A stretch of 64,000 nucleotides of DNA from the NCBI GenBank assembly GCA_963701095.1, contig OY969564.1, forward strand, positions 160,001 to 224,000. Direction: 5' to 3'. Shown here piece after piece: positions 28,976-41,491 of this stretch; position 1 is the first letter of the stretch; each line of letters starts with the position of its first letter. Source of the DNA: an uncultured Methanoregulaceae archaeon (GTDB lineage Archaea > Halobacteriota > Methanomicrobia > Methanomicrobiales > Methanospirillaceae). Under the pieces are notes generated by a model. It was given only the letters and a program-made list of their open reading frames with translations. It was not told the origin of the DNA and did not search any database. Made by a program: the position numbers and the translations under genes.

Positions 28976-31133
28976 ATGAATCCCCATGGACTGTCCGATC
29001 CTGGCGTTCCATTTCCCCCAGAACGGTTGCCGAACAGACTGATTCATGAAAAGAGTCCGTACCTGCTTCAGCATTCACATAACCCCGTCGACTGGTACCC
29101 CTGGGGGGAAGAGGCTTTCAACCGGGCAGCTTCTGAGGACAAACCTGTCTTTCTCTCGATAGGGTATTCGACCTGCCACTGGTGTCACGTGATGGCAAAA
29201 GAATCTTTTGAGGATACCAAGGTGGCATCTATCCTGAACCGGGAGTTTGTCAGTATCAAAGTCGACCGGGAAGAGCGGCCGGATATCGACAGTATTTACA
29301 TGGAAATCTGCCAGCGGATGACTGGGCGTGGCGGCTGGCCGCTCACTATTGTCCTTACTCCGGAGAAAAAACCTTTTTTTGCAGGTACCTACTTTCCGAA
29401 CGTAAGCCGATCCGGTATTGTAGGCATATCCGAGATTCTTCTGCGCATAGCAGACCTTTGGCATGGACAACGTGAAGAAATGTACCGAAAGGCAGACGAA
29501 ATTATCCGGCTTGCTTCTCCAGAATCCATAAATTCCGGAGAGGATCCGGATCAACGAATTCTGGATGCCGGGTTCCGTGATCTCAGCTACATCTTTTGAT
29601 AGAAAGAACGGAGGTTTCGGCTCAGCGCCAAAATTTCCGGCACCTCACATGCTGGTGTTTTTAACCAGGTACTGGAACCTGACGGGACAGACACGTGCTC
29701 TTGCCATGGCAGAACAGACGCTTACTGCAATTCGTTCTGGCGGTATATGGGACCAGATAGGATCCGGACTGCACCGGTACTCGACTGATGCCCAGTGGCG
29801 GGTACCGCATTTTGAAAAGATGCTATCGGATCAGGCGTTGTTTGTGATCGCCTGCACGGAAGCATATGAAGCGACTCGCAATGTATACTACAAGAATATC
29901 GCCAATGAATGCGTAAACTATGTGCTCCGCGAACTCCAGGATCCCGGTTGTGCGTTTTACACCGCCGAAGATGCGGACAGCCCGGATGGGGAAGGGGCAT
30001 ATTATACTTGGACACAAGAAGAAATTGTCAGGGTTCTTGGCCCGGAAGATGCAGAACGTTTCTTTTCCCTTTTTACTCTTGCACCCGTTGCCGATAATAA
30101 TACAGGTATTGGTGTGATGCCTGAAAACCAGCGCCGGGGCGTCATTTTCGCAGCCGGAGAGAGCGAGTCCCTTGCAAAAACACAAAACATTGCTCCGGAA
30201 GAATTTTCTGCCCTAAGGGATGCTCTCCGTTTACGGCTTTTATCTGCCCGTCAGGAACGTTCCCGGCCGAGACGTGATACTAAAATTCTGACCGATAACA
30301 ATGCACTTTTCTGTAAAGCACTAGCCTTAGCCGGTCGGGCATTTAACAATCCTGCATATATCGATGCGGCGTCCCGCGCACTGCGATTTATTCAGCTGAA
30401 TCTTTTCGATGACAAGGGAAGTCTTCTGCACTGCTATTATGAAGGTAAAAGTGGCATTTTGGCTTTTGCCGATGATTACGTCCACCTCATTTCCGCGTGT
30501 ATCGAGATGTATCGGTCAACCTTCGAAATAGCATACCTCAAAAATGCCCTTGATTTAAACACGCACCTTCTTCGCCATTTCGGTGATGCCAATAAAGGCG
30601 GGTTTTTCACGATCTCTGATACCGTCACGGATCTCCCGGTTCGAAGAAAAGAATGGTATGATGGTTCCATCACTTCAGCAAATGCGGTTGCTTTTGAAAA
30701 TAGTATGCAGCTCTCCAGGTTCACAGCTGATCCAGACCTTGAAAAAGTGGCACAGGGCTGCGCCCGGTTTGTGGCGGGATCGGCTGCTCGGTCCCCTTCG
30801 GCGGTAACAGGGTTTCTTTCCGCACTTTCTTGTTTTTCCCGGATCAAAAGCATTCTTGATATAGTGATCTCCGGTAATCCTTCGGACGAAAGTACATATG
30901 CATTAATCAATGTACTCAGGTCACGATATCTACCGGATCTGATAGTTTTACTTAGACCCCAGGGAAAAGCGGGGGATGATGTGGATGCGGTCGCTCCCCT
31001 TGCACGGGGTCGGGTTTCCGGTGATACTATCGCAATGGCGTATCTTTGCTCATCTTCAGCATGTCTGCCACCAGTAAAGGAGCCTCTTGAATTACGTAGA
31101 CTTCTTGACACGGAAATGGATGCATGTTTATGA
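28976..31133 (+). CDS. Thioredoxin-domain protein (YyaL/DUF255); apparent frameshift near 29583
   Basis: [31 protein letters not shown] and PHFEKML motifs. Confidence 0.88.
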
Positions 31134-31177
31134 TCCTTGGCGAATAACAACGTTTATTGTTTAAAAGAAGGGGAGTA

Positions 31178-32413
31178 TTACTTTTTTGCCTTGCTTTGTT
31201 TTTCGATCTGTTCGGCAAGGAGGGGAAAGAAGGTCCCGGCGTCTGATACTATCCCAATGGCCTGGGTTGTGCCGCGATCCATAAGCTTTGTTACTGATGC
31301 GGGGTTGATATCCACGCAGACTGTTTTGATACCGGAAGGCAGGCAGTTGCCGACGGCAATTGAATGCAGAAGTGTCGCGACCATCAGGACCATTTTGCAT
31401 CCGGGGACATACTTACGCATTTCATCCTGTGCTACCATGGTATCCTGGATAACATCGGGGATGGGACCGTCGTCACGGATGGAACCAGCGAGCACAAACG
31501 GCACATTGTGCTTCACGCACTCGTACATGATGCCCCCGGTAAGGATGCCCTGATCAACTGCATTTTTTAGTGAACCGACCCGCATGATCTCGCTGATAGC
31601 GTAGATATGGTGCCGGTGACCGCCCATAACAGGTTTGCCAGTTTTGATATCCATGCCAAGGGAAGTCCCATAGAGATTATACTCGACATCATGGGTGGCT
31701 AAAGCATTACCCGCAAAAAGGACATTGATGTATCCTTTTCTTACCATCTCAGCTACTGCTTTGTCTGCGCCGGTATGGATAATTGCGGGACCTCCCACAA
31801 GAATGATCTTTCCACCTGTTTTGTGGACTTCAAGAAGCTCCTTTGCAATCTGGGCAATCAGAGTCTCGCTGGGGCGTTCCGATGAGACGGTGCCGTGCAT
31901 AAATTCAAAGGTGCTGCTCGTCCGAGGCCGGTCCGGGTAGCTTACTGATACACCTTCTTCGCCGACAACGACAGGGTCACCTTTACGAATCTTTCCAAGA
32001 GGTGTGCACCGGGCCGTCTTTTTCACCGGGTCGACAACAATCAGGAAATCCATCTCTATGTTTTCGACCGGGACCCATTCATCGAAAAGCCTGACCTGGG
32101 TGGGATGGTTGGTGGTTGTATAGAACCCCCGGGGAACATTCCGGTCGTCCGTAGCGGGTTCGTAATTGACGGACTGGACCGAAGGCAGGCGGGCACCGAG
32201 CCTATGGAGTTCTGAAAGAATGGACCGGAGTTTTTCTTTATCCTGTGCAATAATTTTCAGACGGGCATAACTGGGATCGGTCTTTTTTTTGCCCACATCG
32301 AATACAAGAATTTCAAAATTCCCTCCCATATCCATGATCCGATCGAAGAGCCTGGTCATAATGCCCGAATCAATGATATGACCCTGCAGCTCGATCTCTT
32401 CTGACTCCACCAT
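31178..32413 (-). CDS. TIGR00300/LOR-SDH domain protein (ornithine cyclodeaminase-like)
   Basis: GHIIDSG, VSSERP, AGNALATHD and LAGSIRDDGP motifs. Confidence 0.85.
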   Translation of the reverse strand: MVESEEIELQGHIIDSGIMTRLFDRIMDMGGNFEILVFDVGKKKTDPSYARLKIIAQDKEKLRSILSELHRLGARLPSVQSVNYEPATDDRNVPRGFYTTTNHPTQVRLFDEWVPVENIEMDFLIVVDPVKKTARCTPLGKIRKGDPVVVGEEGVSVSYPDRPRTSSTFEFMHGTVSSERPSETLIAQIAKELLEVHKTGGKIILVGGPAIIHTGADKAVAEMVRKGYINVLFAGNALATHDVEYNLYGTSLGMDIKTGKPVMGGHRHHIYAISEIMRVGSLKNAVDQGILTGGIMYECVKHNVPFVLAGSIRDDGPIPDVIQDTMVAQDEMRKYVPGCKMVLMVATLLHSIAVGNCLPSGIKTVCVDINPASVTKLMDRGTTQAIGIVSDAGTFFPLLAEQIEKQSKAKK

Positions 32414-32556
32414 AATAACAATATATTCGACGCGCACCTTAATATTTATTCGTACTAAATACGGCAGCATCTGCCGTTTTTTGGGTGTAAAAGCGCAGAA
32501 TGGAGTTTTTTAATCCCGTTTTCGGCGGTAAAATTTTAATTTTAAGGTGACCGCAT

Positions 32557-33159
32557 TTACTCTCTTCCTTGTTTCCTGAGAAATTCTTCAGCTGCGTTTC
32601 GGTCTGTGGGTGTATTGACATTGATAGCTAGCCGGGGATCGTTTATAATCAGCTGGAGTTCATCTTGTGGCTCAGAAATAAGGGAGCCTTGCAGGATATT
32701 AAGACCGGTAGGACAGGATAATGTATCCCGGATTTTCGTTTTATATGCAAGATCGCCTTTGCAGTGTGTGACTATGTCTGTCGGGACCCATGTGGAGCAG
32801 GCATTTTTTCCCGAACTGATGTATGCATCGCAGACCTTGTCAATAATGTCTTTCTCAATACATGGAATATCCGAAACACTGATAAAAAGCGGATGAGTTT
32901 CTTCAAGGACAGTGACCGCTTCTATCATATCGGTTATATAATCCATTCCACCGGTATCGTAACTATCGATGCCATTTGCACGGCACCAGTTTTGGGTCAT
33001 AGGCGTTTTTGGAGATGTTGCCACAACGACGGTGCACCCTGCAGCGGTGAAAGCATTAATGATATAGCGGATCATCGGTTGGTTATTGATGAGAATAAGG
33101 GGTTTTTCCCCAAGGTTAAGACGGCTTCCCGCCCCTCCTGCCATAATCAGCGCACGCAT
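32557..33159 (-). CDS. cobY: Adenosylcobinamide-phosphate guanylyltransferase
   Basis: MAGGAGSRL..EKP and NVNTP motifs; adjacent to cobD. Confidence 0.8.
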   Translation of the reverse strand: MRALIMAGGAGSRLNLGEKPLILINNQPMIRYIINAFTAAGCTVVVATSPKTPMTQNWCRANGIDSYDTGGMDYITDMIEAVTVLEETHPLFISVSDIPCIEKDIIDKVCDAYISSGKNACSTWVPTDIVTHCKGDLAYKTKIRDTLSCPTGLNILQGSLISEPQDELQLIINDPRLAINVNTPTDRNAAEEFLRKQGRE

Positions 33160-34145
33160 GCGGATAATGCCTCTAAAAATCTGGAGTTCTCCTCATGGGT
33201 CCGGACAGCCACCCGGATACAGGAAGCAAGACCAAACGATGTACAGTCACGCACAAGGATATCGTGGGTTTCGAGTTTTGCACACAACGGTCCAACATCG
33301 CATGAACATTCGACGAGAAGGTAATTTGCAGAGGAGGGATAACACCTGAGGCCGGTTTCACTGATGCGCTTGTGGAGGAACTCGCATTCTTTTCTAATGT
33401 ACGCACGGGATTCTCCCAGCTGGTCCAAATGCCTGAATGCTGCAAGGGCAAATGACTCTGCATAGGCATTTACGCTCCAGGGTGGACGGGTTGTCTCTAT
33501 TCTCGCAATTAACTCCGGATCTCCAAACCCGTACCCGAACCGGATTCCGGGGACGGCAAAACTCTTGGTTAGTGAACGCAGGACAAAGAGGGATTCGTCG
33601 CATTCGTTGACAAGGGTCTGTGAAGGATCAGAAAGCTCGATAAATGCCTCGTCAGCAAATAGAATACCGCCATCAGAAGATACTTCATGAAGGTATGACT
33701 TCATTACAAAGTTGGTCTGCAGGTCACCGGTAGGATTGTTAGGATTACATGCAAACGAAACCGTTGCGTTTTTCGGGCTCAGTACCGGTACTGCACCTGT
33801 AAGGCGGGCAGAGAGGTCATACTCTCCGAACGTAGGAGATGGCGTAAAATAGGATTTTTTGCCGGAAAGAACCACAGAACAGAAAACGCGGATCAACTCA
33901 ATAGAACCGTTACCCACGCATATCTCATCAGTGCCACGATGAAATAAGTCTGCTATGCACTCCTTAAGCCGGCTATAATCATTATCAGGATAGGATGAGA
34001 TCAGATCCGGATCGCAGGTCCATTCGAACCGTGGTGGTAAAGGGTTAAGGCTCGCGCTGAAATCCAGCAGGTTTTTCCCGGTATTTTCACGCTGTCGCTT
34101 TCCTGTTCCCCCATGAACTGCAGGTTTTGGAAAATCGCCAGCCAT
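33147..34145 (-). CDS. cobD: L-threonine-O-3-phosphate decarboxylase (PLP, HisC family)
   Basis: HGG, DFSASLNP, CNPNNPTG and RSLTKSF.PG.RFG motifs. Confidence 0.8.
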   Translation of the reverse strand: MAGDFPKPAVHGGTGKRQRENTGKNLLDFSASLNPLPPRFEWTCDPDLISSYPDNDYSRLKECIADLFHRGTDEICVGNGSIELIRVFCSVVLSGKKSYFTPSPTFGEYDLSARLTGAVPVLSPKNATVSFACNPNNPTGDLQTNFVMKSYLHEVSSDGGILFADEAFIELSDPSQTLVNECDESLFVLRSLTKSFAVPGIRFGYGFGDPELIARIETTRPPWSVNAYAESFALAAFRHLDQLGESRAYIRKECEFLHKRISETGLRCYPSSANYLLVECSCDVGPLCAKLETHDILVRDCTSFGLASCIRVAVRTHEENSRFLEALSACVR

Positions 34146-34267
34146 CAAATTCTCCGTCTTTTTCAAAATTACTTGGCCGGGAAGTCATAAATGCGTTTGG
34201 AGATGTGGCCTAAAATGAACGGGAAGATATTTATATCATTGTGTTTCATTTTGGTGTATCTGGTTAA

Positions 34268-34328
34268 GTCAGACATGAGAGTTCCCTATGTCTGACATAT
34301 GTATGACAAAAAGCAGACATATGTCAGA
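34268..34328. promoter_or_regulatory. Clustered GTCAGAC/GTCTGAC inverted repeats upstream of cdrS
   Basis: gtcagacat-N11-atgtctgac and cagacatatgtcaga, downstream of TATA-like TTTATAT. Confidence 0.55.
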
Positions 34329-34340
34329 AATGGAGATACA

Positions 34341-34520
34341 ATGATGCAACGAATCACGCTCCGGTTACCCGAACAGCAGATAAGCCTCCTCCAGCAGATG
34401 GTGGACGCAGGCGAGTATCCCAATGTTTCTGAAGCTGTCCGGGCAGCTGTCCGCGATCTCGTTGAGAAACGAGCAGGCCGTGTCTTAAAGGATAATGACC
34501 AGGTTTCATTCAAGGTATGA
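34341..34520 (+). CDS. cdrS: RHH cell-division regulator
   Basis: MQRITLRLP...[15 protein letters not shown]; immediately upstream of ftsZ. Confidence 0.85.
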   Translation: MMQRITLRLPEQQISLLQQMVDAGEYPNVSEAVRAAVRDLVEKRAGRVLKDNDQVSFKV

Positions 34521-34530
34521 GAGGGTAGAA

Positions 34531-35698
34531 ATGCAGAGTATAATTAACGATGCGTTAAAAAATTCCGAACTTGAAAAAGATGTAAACAAGTCCGGATCCA
34601 ATGCACCGGATGACGATTTTCTTGGACAACCGAGAATAGTGATTATCGGCTGCGGTGGCGGAGGCAACAACACCGTAAACCGTATCCACCACATGGGAGT
34701 CGCCGGTGCGGAAACGATAGCAATCAATACGGACAAGCAGCACCTGGACATGATCCAGGCTGACAAACGTGTCCTGATCGGGAAATCCCTAACACGTGGT
34801 CTGGGTGCCGGCGGTTACCCCGATGTCGGTAAGCGTGCAGCTGAGATGGCCCGGCCTACTCTTGAGGCACTGCTTGAGTCAGCGGACTTGGTGTTTATCA
34901 CTGCCGGTATGGGAGGAGGTACCGGTACCGGTTCAGCACCGGTTGTCAGCTCAGGTAGCAAAAGAGCAGGGCGCTATTGTCGTCGGGATGGTCAGCTATC
35001 CGTTCCAGGTTGAAAAGGCCCGGCTTATCCGTGCAGAAGAAGGTCTTGAGGCACTTGCCGCGTCAGCAGATTCGGTTATTGTCCTCGATAACAACAGGCT
35101 TAAGAACTTTGTTCCAAACCTTCCCCTCGGCCAGGCATTCTCCGTTATGGACCAGCTTATTGGAGAGACTGTCAAGGGTATTTCGGAAACTATCACCGAA
35201 CCCTCGCTCATCAACATCGATTACGCTGATGTCCGTGCAATTATGTCCAAAGGCGGCGTCGCTTCTATGCTTGTTGGAGAGAGCAAGCAGCAGAACAAGG
35301 CTGAAAGTGTCGTCCGGGAATGCTTAAGCAACCCAATGCTCGACATTGACTACCGCGGAGCAACAGGAAGCCTGATCCACATCACCGGTGGAACGGATCT
35401 TACCCTGCAGGACGCAGAAGAGGTTGCAACTTCGCTCACTTATGAGCTCGATCCCCATGCAGATGTTATCTGGGGTGCCCGTGTAAGACCTGATATGGAA
35501 GGCAAGATCCGTGTCCTTGCCATCATGACCGGTGTCAAGAGTGCGCAGATCCTCGGGACCCGCCAGTCCTACAAGACCATGGTTCAGGAGATCGATGCAA
35601 AGAGGTCCAGCCCTAAACAGGTAGAAATGCCGCAGGGCCGGAAAGTTGCCCCCCGTGACATGCCAAGCGGTGGCGGCGTTCTTGAATGGGTCGGTTAA
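34531..35698 (+). CDS. ftsZ: Cell division protein FtsZ (FtsZ2 type); apparent frameshift near 34947
   Basis: [17 protein letters not shown] and INIDYADV motifs. Confidence 0.93.
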
Positions 35699-36166
35699 AC
35701 GTCCTGAAAAAATCAACTATAATCCAACAGAAAACCGGGGGCAATGGCGTGATTGCCAAAACTCCCGGACTTTTTCTATGAATGTTTAAAGAACGTTCGT
35801 TTCTGTGATTTTGTGTTTTGTTCCGTTAGCCGGCGAAATGCTTATGAGTACTCCCCGCCTTTAAAATATAGTACATTCGACCAGATCATCTGGAGGGAGA
35901 ATGGTGGGCGATATCCGTTTCCGTACGGGTGTCATCCGTGTATCGGGAGTTGAACATCATGAATCGAGTGTCGAACAAAGGCTTCTCCTGGAAGTCTTGT
36001 AAATATCGTACAACACGATCCTATTCTGATGTTTTTTGCCCTGCGTCAGGCAACCTGAGCAGTAATAATGGCATGCGCATTGTTTACGCGCATCCCTGCA
36101 CAGTACAGCCTCTGGCTCTCGCGCCTGCATATTCCCTACAGGAGACAGGATGAGGAGTGGTACCGC

Positions 36167-37026
36167 ATGTTGAATGACTTGATGGAAAAACGAAAGAAGA
36201 TCCTTGCTGAGTCCGAACAGCACAAGAACCGAAGAAATGAGCTCAATGCCGCTGCCAGCAAATTTGCACGGGAACGCAATACTCTTAACAACCAGACCCG
36301 GGAATTTGTTGAAGAGGCCCAGAAAAACAAGGATCTTAGGGATAAGAACAACCAGGAAGTTCTCGATCTCAAAGCACAGCGCAATGAACTGAACGACAAG
36401 GCAAATGTGCTGTTTGAAGACATTGAGGTCTTTAAAAAGGAGCACGGCTCGCTCAAGAACCGGGGCATCAAGGAACTCCAGAAACAGATTGAATACATGG
36501 AGTACCGGCAGCAGACCGAAGTCTTTACTACCGATAAAGAGCGTGAGCTCATCGAAAAGATCAAACAGATGAAAGGCCAGGTCAGGGAGCAGGAAGCCGA
36601 GCTCGAGCAGAATAAAGAGATGCGGACAAAGATCTCGTCTGCCCGGGATTTTCGTAGCTGGCATCCGATCTTCACGCAAAAGTGACTGAACTTGCCGAAC
36701 TTGCCCAGAAACACCATGATCTGATGGTCGAATCATACCGGAAAGCTGACAAGTCTCGCGAAGCTGCTGATGCCGCTCACAAAAGTTTTGTTGAAGCACA
36801 GGAATCTGCCGATGCCGAGCACAAGTCATTCATTGCCTGCCAGAAAGAATTGCGTGATTATGATAAGGTTATTTCCGGCCTGCGCAAGAAGACAAAGAAG
36901 GTTAAGGTAACAAAAGAACAAAAGGCAGTCCGCCAGGAAGCCGAGCACCTGTTCAAGAACTTCCGTGCAGGGGAGAAACTGACGACTGACGATATTCTCC
37001 TGCTACAACGCTCAAAACTCATCTAA
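36167..37026 (+). CDS. Conserved archaeal coiled-coil protein (COG1340-like); apparent frameshift near 36655
   Basis: Heptad-rich; QQT and GEKLTTDD motifs. Confidence 0.8.
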
Positions 37027-37098
37027 TCCTCTATTGTTAATCCTTTTTTCTCGTTCGCAGGTAATAATTAATAGATTTACGGTGATTTTAATATACCA

Positions 37099-38231
37099 AT
37101 GGCACAGGATCGGACGCTCGTCCTGAGTGTTGATCGGGACGACGATATCGGGTGGAAGGCAAAGATTGAAAGCCCGGTTATTGGCAGGCAGGAATGCCTG
37201 AAAGCTGCTACAACATTAGCTCTTGCTGATCCGGAAGACTCCGATGTTAATGCCATATTTTCTGCTGTAAAAATTTACGACGAACTGGTTGCAAAAGGCG
37301 AAGATGCAGTTGTTGCAGTAATCGCAGGAAATCACCTCCATATGATCGAAGGGGACAGGAAGATTGCAACGACCCTTGACGATGTGATAAAAGAAACGCA
37401 TCCCACGTCGTGTATCCTTGTTTCGGACGGTGCAGAAGATGAGTTCGTCGTACCCATCATCCAGTCCCGTATCCCTGTTGCGAGCATCCGCCGGGTTATC
37501 GTTAACCAGATGCCAAACCTGGAAGGGACCTATTATATCCTGAAAAAATTCTTTGACGATCCGAAAATTTCAAGGGTGGTATTTGTCCCTCTTGGTCTTG
37601 CCATGCTCTTGTATGCGATCGCCTATATTCTCGGGTACCGGGTACGGCTACCATCATTGTTATTGGAGTCATCGGGATGTATCTCCTCTATAAAGGATTC
37701 GGCCTGGACGAGTTTATCCACAGCATTATCAACGCACTCCAGGCTTCCATGTCCCGCGGCAAATTTTCCTTTGTCACGTACTCAACTACCATCGTCCTTG
37801 CCGTGATCGGTTTTACTATTGGTTTTTTTACTGTCCTGAACTATTACGCGTCAGATAATTCTCTTGGTGTTCTCCTCTATGTCATGAGTTTTATTTATGG
37901 TGCAATATTCTGGTTGATTATTGCCGGTCTTGTAACGTCGGTAGGTATAATTATAGATGTATATATCAATGAGCGGGAAAATCTCATAAAAGTCATCGTG
38001 TTTCCCTTCTTTGTGACAGCAATCGGGATTATCCTGTATGGAGCAAGCGCCTTCATTCTTGCCATAAGCAGCGTGACGGGTTTTCCTATCAGCGCTGCAT
38101 CCGGTGGCACCTATATTATGTATTCAACGTTGTTCGGCCTTGCCTGCGCAATTGCCGGAGTTGTTATCCAATTCGTTATGGCAAAACGACAGACAGAAAC
38201 CCAGAAAGAATCTATTATCGAAACCATCTGA
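37099..38231 (+). CDS. DUF373 family membrane protein; apparent frameshift near 37639
   Basis: VDRDDDIG, DPEDSDVN and VSDGAEDE motifs. Confidence 0.85.
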
Positions 38232-38356
38232 TATTCTCCTGAATTAATCTCCTTTTCACCAGCACTTTCCTCTCCATAACAGAAAGGGAAAAATCTGCCT
38301 TGAATGAGGGAGACCACCAAAATTCGACAGCCTTTTTTACCGATTCCAAACGAAGA

Positions 38357-38845
38357 TTAAGAAATACTTGGGGCCTGAGGCGGTGTCTGGTTTATCATTA
38401 CTGGATCAAAATACCCCATACCTTCGGGAAACAGGTTTGTATTGGAATAATTGCGTATGACCTGCGGTGATGATACAGCAAGCTTAGGAATAAGAAGGTT
38501 AAACTGGTGCGTCGGGAACCAGTATATGCCATTGCCATAGGAATAAGAAGCCTGGCCGACAGCAAATTCTGCATTGGTCAGGTTGATGTATTCCATACGG
38601 GTATTGTTAAAATTGAGAATGGTTTCAAGTTTATTCTTAAGATCCTGTTCTCCCAGCAAAAAAAAGATGATTCGGGTCCCTTCATCCACGGAGTAATGCA
38701 TGTCGATAATTGCCGTATCATTATGTAATTGGATTTGAACGGATTCAAGGGAAATATAACCGTATCGCTGATCATTGTCAGCTGCCACCGGTGCTATAAG
38801 TACAATCAGGAGAAGACCTACACACACGATGGCACGCATATTCAT
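38357..38845 (-). CDS. Secreted hypothetical protein
   Basis: Signal peptide ...IAPVAA|D. Confidence 0.65.
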   Translation of the reverse strand: MNMRAIVCVGLLLIVLIAPVAADNDQRYGYISLESVQIQLHNDTAIIDMHYSVDEGTRIIFFLLGEQDLKNKLETILNFNNTRMEYINLTNAEFAVGQASYSYGNGIYWFPTHQFNLLIPKLAVSSPQVIRNYSNTNLFPEGMGYFDPVMINQTPPQAPSIS

Positions 38846-38934
38846 AGCACTATAAGTTTGAAGGATAACATTAAATCGTTTACTATATTTGTCACGATTT
38901 ATAGTACATTTTCATGAAAAAACGATTAAAATAA

Positions 38935-39234
38935 TTATTTTTTGAGGATAATTTCGATGCTCGAGACATTGGTCCTGCCGGTATCAGTATCGATTACCTC
39001 AGTCGATGTTATGATATCTTTTTTGATGACACCGTCTAGGAACCTGTTTAACGCTATCTCTGCTGTATCAACGGCTCGGGAGATTGCTTTTCCCCGGGCC
39101 TTGATGGCTACCTCTCCGGCTCCATTGTTAAACTGGGTAACAACTGCCAGAACATAGTTCATGACCGGTTTGTTTCCAACAAAAACGGTATTTTCCTTCA
39201 TTTGCTGCATAGGGAGAATGTCCATAGAAATCAC
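38935..39234 (-). CDS. albA: DNA/RNA-binding protein Alba
   Basis: [11 protein letters not shown] and [12 protein letters not shown] motifs. Confidence 0.95.
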   Translation of the reverse strand: MISMDILPMQQMKENTVFVGNKPVMNYVLAVVTQFNNGAGEVAIKARGKAISRAVDTAEIALNRFLDGVIKKDIITSTEVIDTDTGRTNVSSIEIILKK

Positions 39235-40247
39235 AGGTACTTCTTCTTGGTAATCAGTTCAGCATTCAGCACACTTGCACCCGCTGCCCCGCGGATCGTA
39301 TTATGCCCCATCGCCACAAACCTGAGGCCTTCCCTCACTCTGCCGACAGAGACCGTCATACCTTTGCCCCGCATACGATCCAGCCGGGGCTGGGGCCTGT
39401 CGTCATCCGGGAACAGGTGAACAGATTCTGCAGGCTGAGTAGGGAGACCTTTAATGGGGGGTTTGTAGGCAGTATAGGCTTGTTTCACTTTGGCTACCGG
39501 TTCCTTGATGTCGACCCAGACTGCCATGGTATGCCCGTCAATAACCGGTACCCGGTGACAACTTGCACTCACCGAGAACGGTGCATTTAGCACTTTCTTT
39601 CCTTTGAGAGTACCCATGATTTTAAGGGTCTCAGTCTCCATCTTTTCCTCTTCTTTTCCGATGTAAGGGATGACGTTGTCATAGATAGACATTGCAGCTA
39701 CGCCTGCAAAACCTGCTCCCGAAATGGCCTGCATGGTGGCCACCTGAATATGGGAAAACGAAAATTTGCGTAATGGTGCAAGGGCACAGACAAGCATAAT
39801 GGTGGAACAGTTTGGATTAGTGACGATAAACCCGTCTCTTCCGGCATCCCGCTGGACATCTATCAACCCGAGATGATCAGGGTTAACCTCAGGTACGACA
39901 AGCGGAACATTCTGTTCCATCCGGTGCGAACTTGCATTGCTGCAGACGGCTATACCTGCGTCAGCAAACGTGTTTTCTACATCCATTGCAATTTCAGCAG
40001 GAAGCGCGGAGAAGACCAGATCCACGTCTTTCATCGCGGAAGGGTCAATATTTGTGACTTTGAGTTTTGCAATCTTCTCCGGAAATGGCGTTTCAAGACG
40101 CCAGTTTACTACTTTCCCGTAGGGCTTTCCCGCACTACGTTCCGAGGCCGCGAGTGTTGTCAGATTGAACCATGGGTGATCTGATAATTGTTCGACAAAT
40201 CGCTGACCAACCGCGCCCGTAGCACCGAGCACTCCAACATTGATCAT
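39231..40247 (-). CDS. asd: Aspartate-semialdehyde dehydrogenase
   Basis: [15 protein letters not shown] and HNTIRGAAG motifs. Confidence 0.96.
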   Translation of the reverse strand: MINVGVLGATGAVGQRFVEQLSDHPWFNLTTLAASERSAGKPYGKVVNWRLETPFPEKIAKLKVTNIDPSAMKDVDLVFSALPAEIAMDVENTFADAGIAVCSNASSHRMEQNVPLVVPEVNPDHLGLIDVQRDAGRDGFIVTNPNCSTIMLVCALAPLRKFSFSHIQVATMQAISGAGFAGVAAMSIYDNVIPYIGKEEEKMETETLKIMGTLKGKKVLNAPFSVSASCHRVPVIDGHTMAVWVDIKEPVAKVKQAYTAYKPPIKGLPTQPAESVHLFPDDDRPQPRLDRMRGKGMTVSVGRVREGLRFVAMGHNTIRGAAGASVLNAELITKKKYL

Positions 40248-40464
40248 GGCTGACAGGTCCTGTGTAGTTTGTAATTCCCGTTTGAAATGATGGCGGGTTG
40301 TAAAGTCCCATTTCACCTGCGATAATAAAAACATTGTTTTTTATAGTTTTCACTAATCGGGCTGAGATGCATTCGAGAAAGGCAGCAACAATAAACAGAC
40401 CCTGCTTTCGTTTTTCAGACGGGTAAACCAGAATTGGGATAAAAAAAGAGTTGTATGAAAAAAA

Positions 40465-40638
40465 TTATTCCATCTGGATGGCTTCAGATGGGCATGCGTC
40501 TACGCAGGTCTGACAGTCAACACACATATCCTTGTCTACCTTTGCTTTCTCGTTTTCCATGGATATTGCCGACGCCGGGCATTCACTGACGCAGGTTTCA
40601 CAACCAGTACATTTTGTAGTATCAATCACTGCTACCAA
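40465..40638 (-). CDS. 2[4Fe-4S] ferredoxin (57 aa, TTG start; not in the ORF track)
   Basis: CTGCETCVSECP and CVDCQTCVDACP. Confidence 0.92.
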   Translation of the reverse strand: MVAVIDTTKCTGCETCVSECPASAISMENEKAKVDKDMCVDCQTCVDACPSEAIQME

Positions 40639-40713
40639 CTAGTTCACTCCATCGTAATAATTCGATTAAAGATAAAAAATAGGTTTCTATTAGAGACAGC
40701 GATTTTTAGGAAC

Positions 40714-41484
40714 TTATGTCGTTTTTTTGAGGTTGAGGACATCGTCCATGCCATAAATGCCTGGTTTTTTGTCCACAATCCAGCGGGCTGCACGCAGGGC
40801 ACCGCTTGCAAATACCGACCGATCGTAGGCTCGGTGGGAGAGTTCGATCGTCTCAAAATTTTTAGAGAACATGACCTTGTGGTCTCCGACAATATCTCCA
40901 CCCCGGATCACATGCACGCCGATTTCGTTTCCGCGTTCCATCATACCTTCGCGGCCGTAGAGTTTCTTGCGGTCACCGATCTCTTTATCCAGGATCTGCA
41001 GGATGGTTTTTGCAGTTCCGCTCGGGGCATCTTTCTTGTTCCGGTGATGTGCCTCGATGACTTCAATATCGTAATCACCGAGCAGTATGCCGGCTTCCCT
41101 CACCAACTGCCAGAAGATGTTAACTCCAACCGAGAAGTTGCTTGAGATGACAGCAGGAACGTGCCCCTTGATGGCCGCGGACATTGTTTCACGTTGTTCC
41201 GGGGTAAATCCCGTTGTCCCCACAATAAGGGCCACATGGTTTTTCACTGCGGCTTTTACATTTTCAACCGCTGCATGCGCGATGGTAAAATCGATAAGAA
41301 CATCCGGTTTCTTGCTTTTTAAGAGAGTTTCCATTTCCTGCGTGGGAACAATATCTGCCCCAAAGAAACAGCCTGAGTGAAGATCGATTCCGCCTACCAG
41401 TTCAAGATCGGTAGAATCGTTGACCATTCTTCCCAAGGTCTGCCCCATACGGCCGGAGGCACCGCAAATAACAACTTTGACCAT
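40714..41484 (-). CDS. dapB: 4-hydroxy-tetrahydrodipicolinate reductase
   Basis: GASGRMG, GTTG and EAHHRNKKDAPSGTA motifs. Confidence 0.95.
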   Translation of the reverse strand: MVKVVICGASGRMGQTLGRMVNDSTDLELVGGIDLHSGCFFGADIVPTQEMETLLKSKKPDVLIDFTIAHAAVENVKAAVKNHVALIVGTTGFTPEQRETMSAAIKGHVPAVISSNFSVGVNIFWQLVREAGILLGDYDIEVIEAHHRNKKDAPSGTAKTILQILDKEIGDRKKLYGREGMMERGNEIGVHVIRGGDIVGDHKVMFSKNFETIELSHRAYDRSVFASGALRAARWIVDKKPGIYGMDDVLNLKKTT

Positions 41485-41491
41485 ACCGGAT

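Noticed and set aside
35699..36166. ncRNA in the long intergenic region after ftsZ
   Set aside because: Only short hairpins are visible, with no SRP, RNase P or tRNA signature. A covariance search would be needed.
35957..36829. Long antisense ORFs (this one, 8270-9115 and 30476-31150)
   Set aside because: They are shadow ORFs opposite well-supported genes and have no recognisable motifs.
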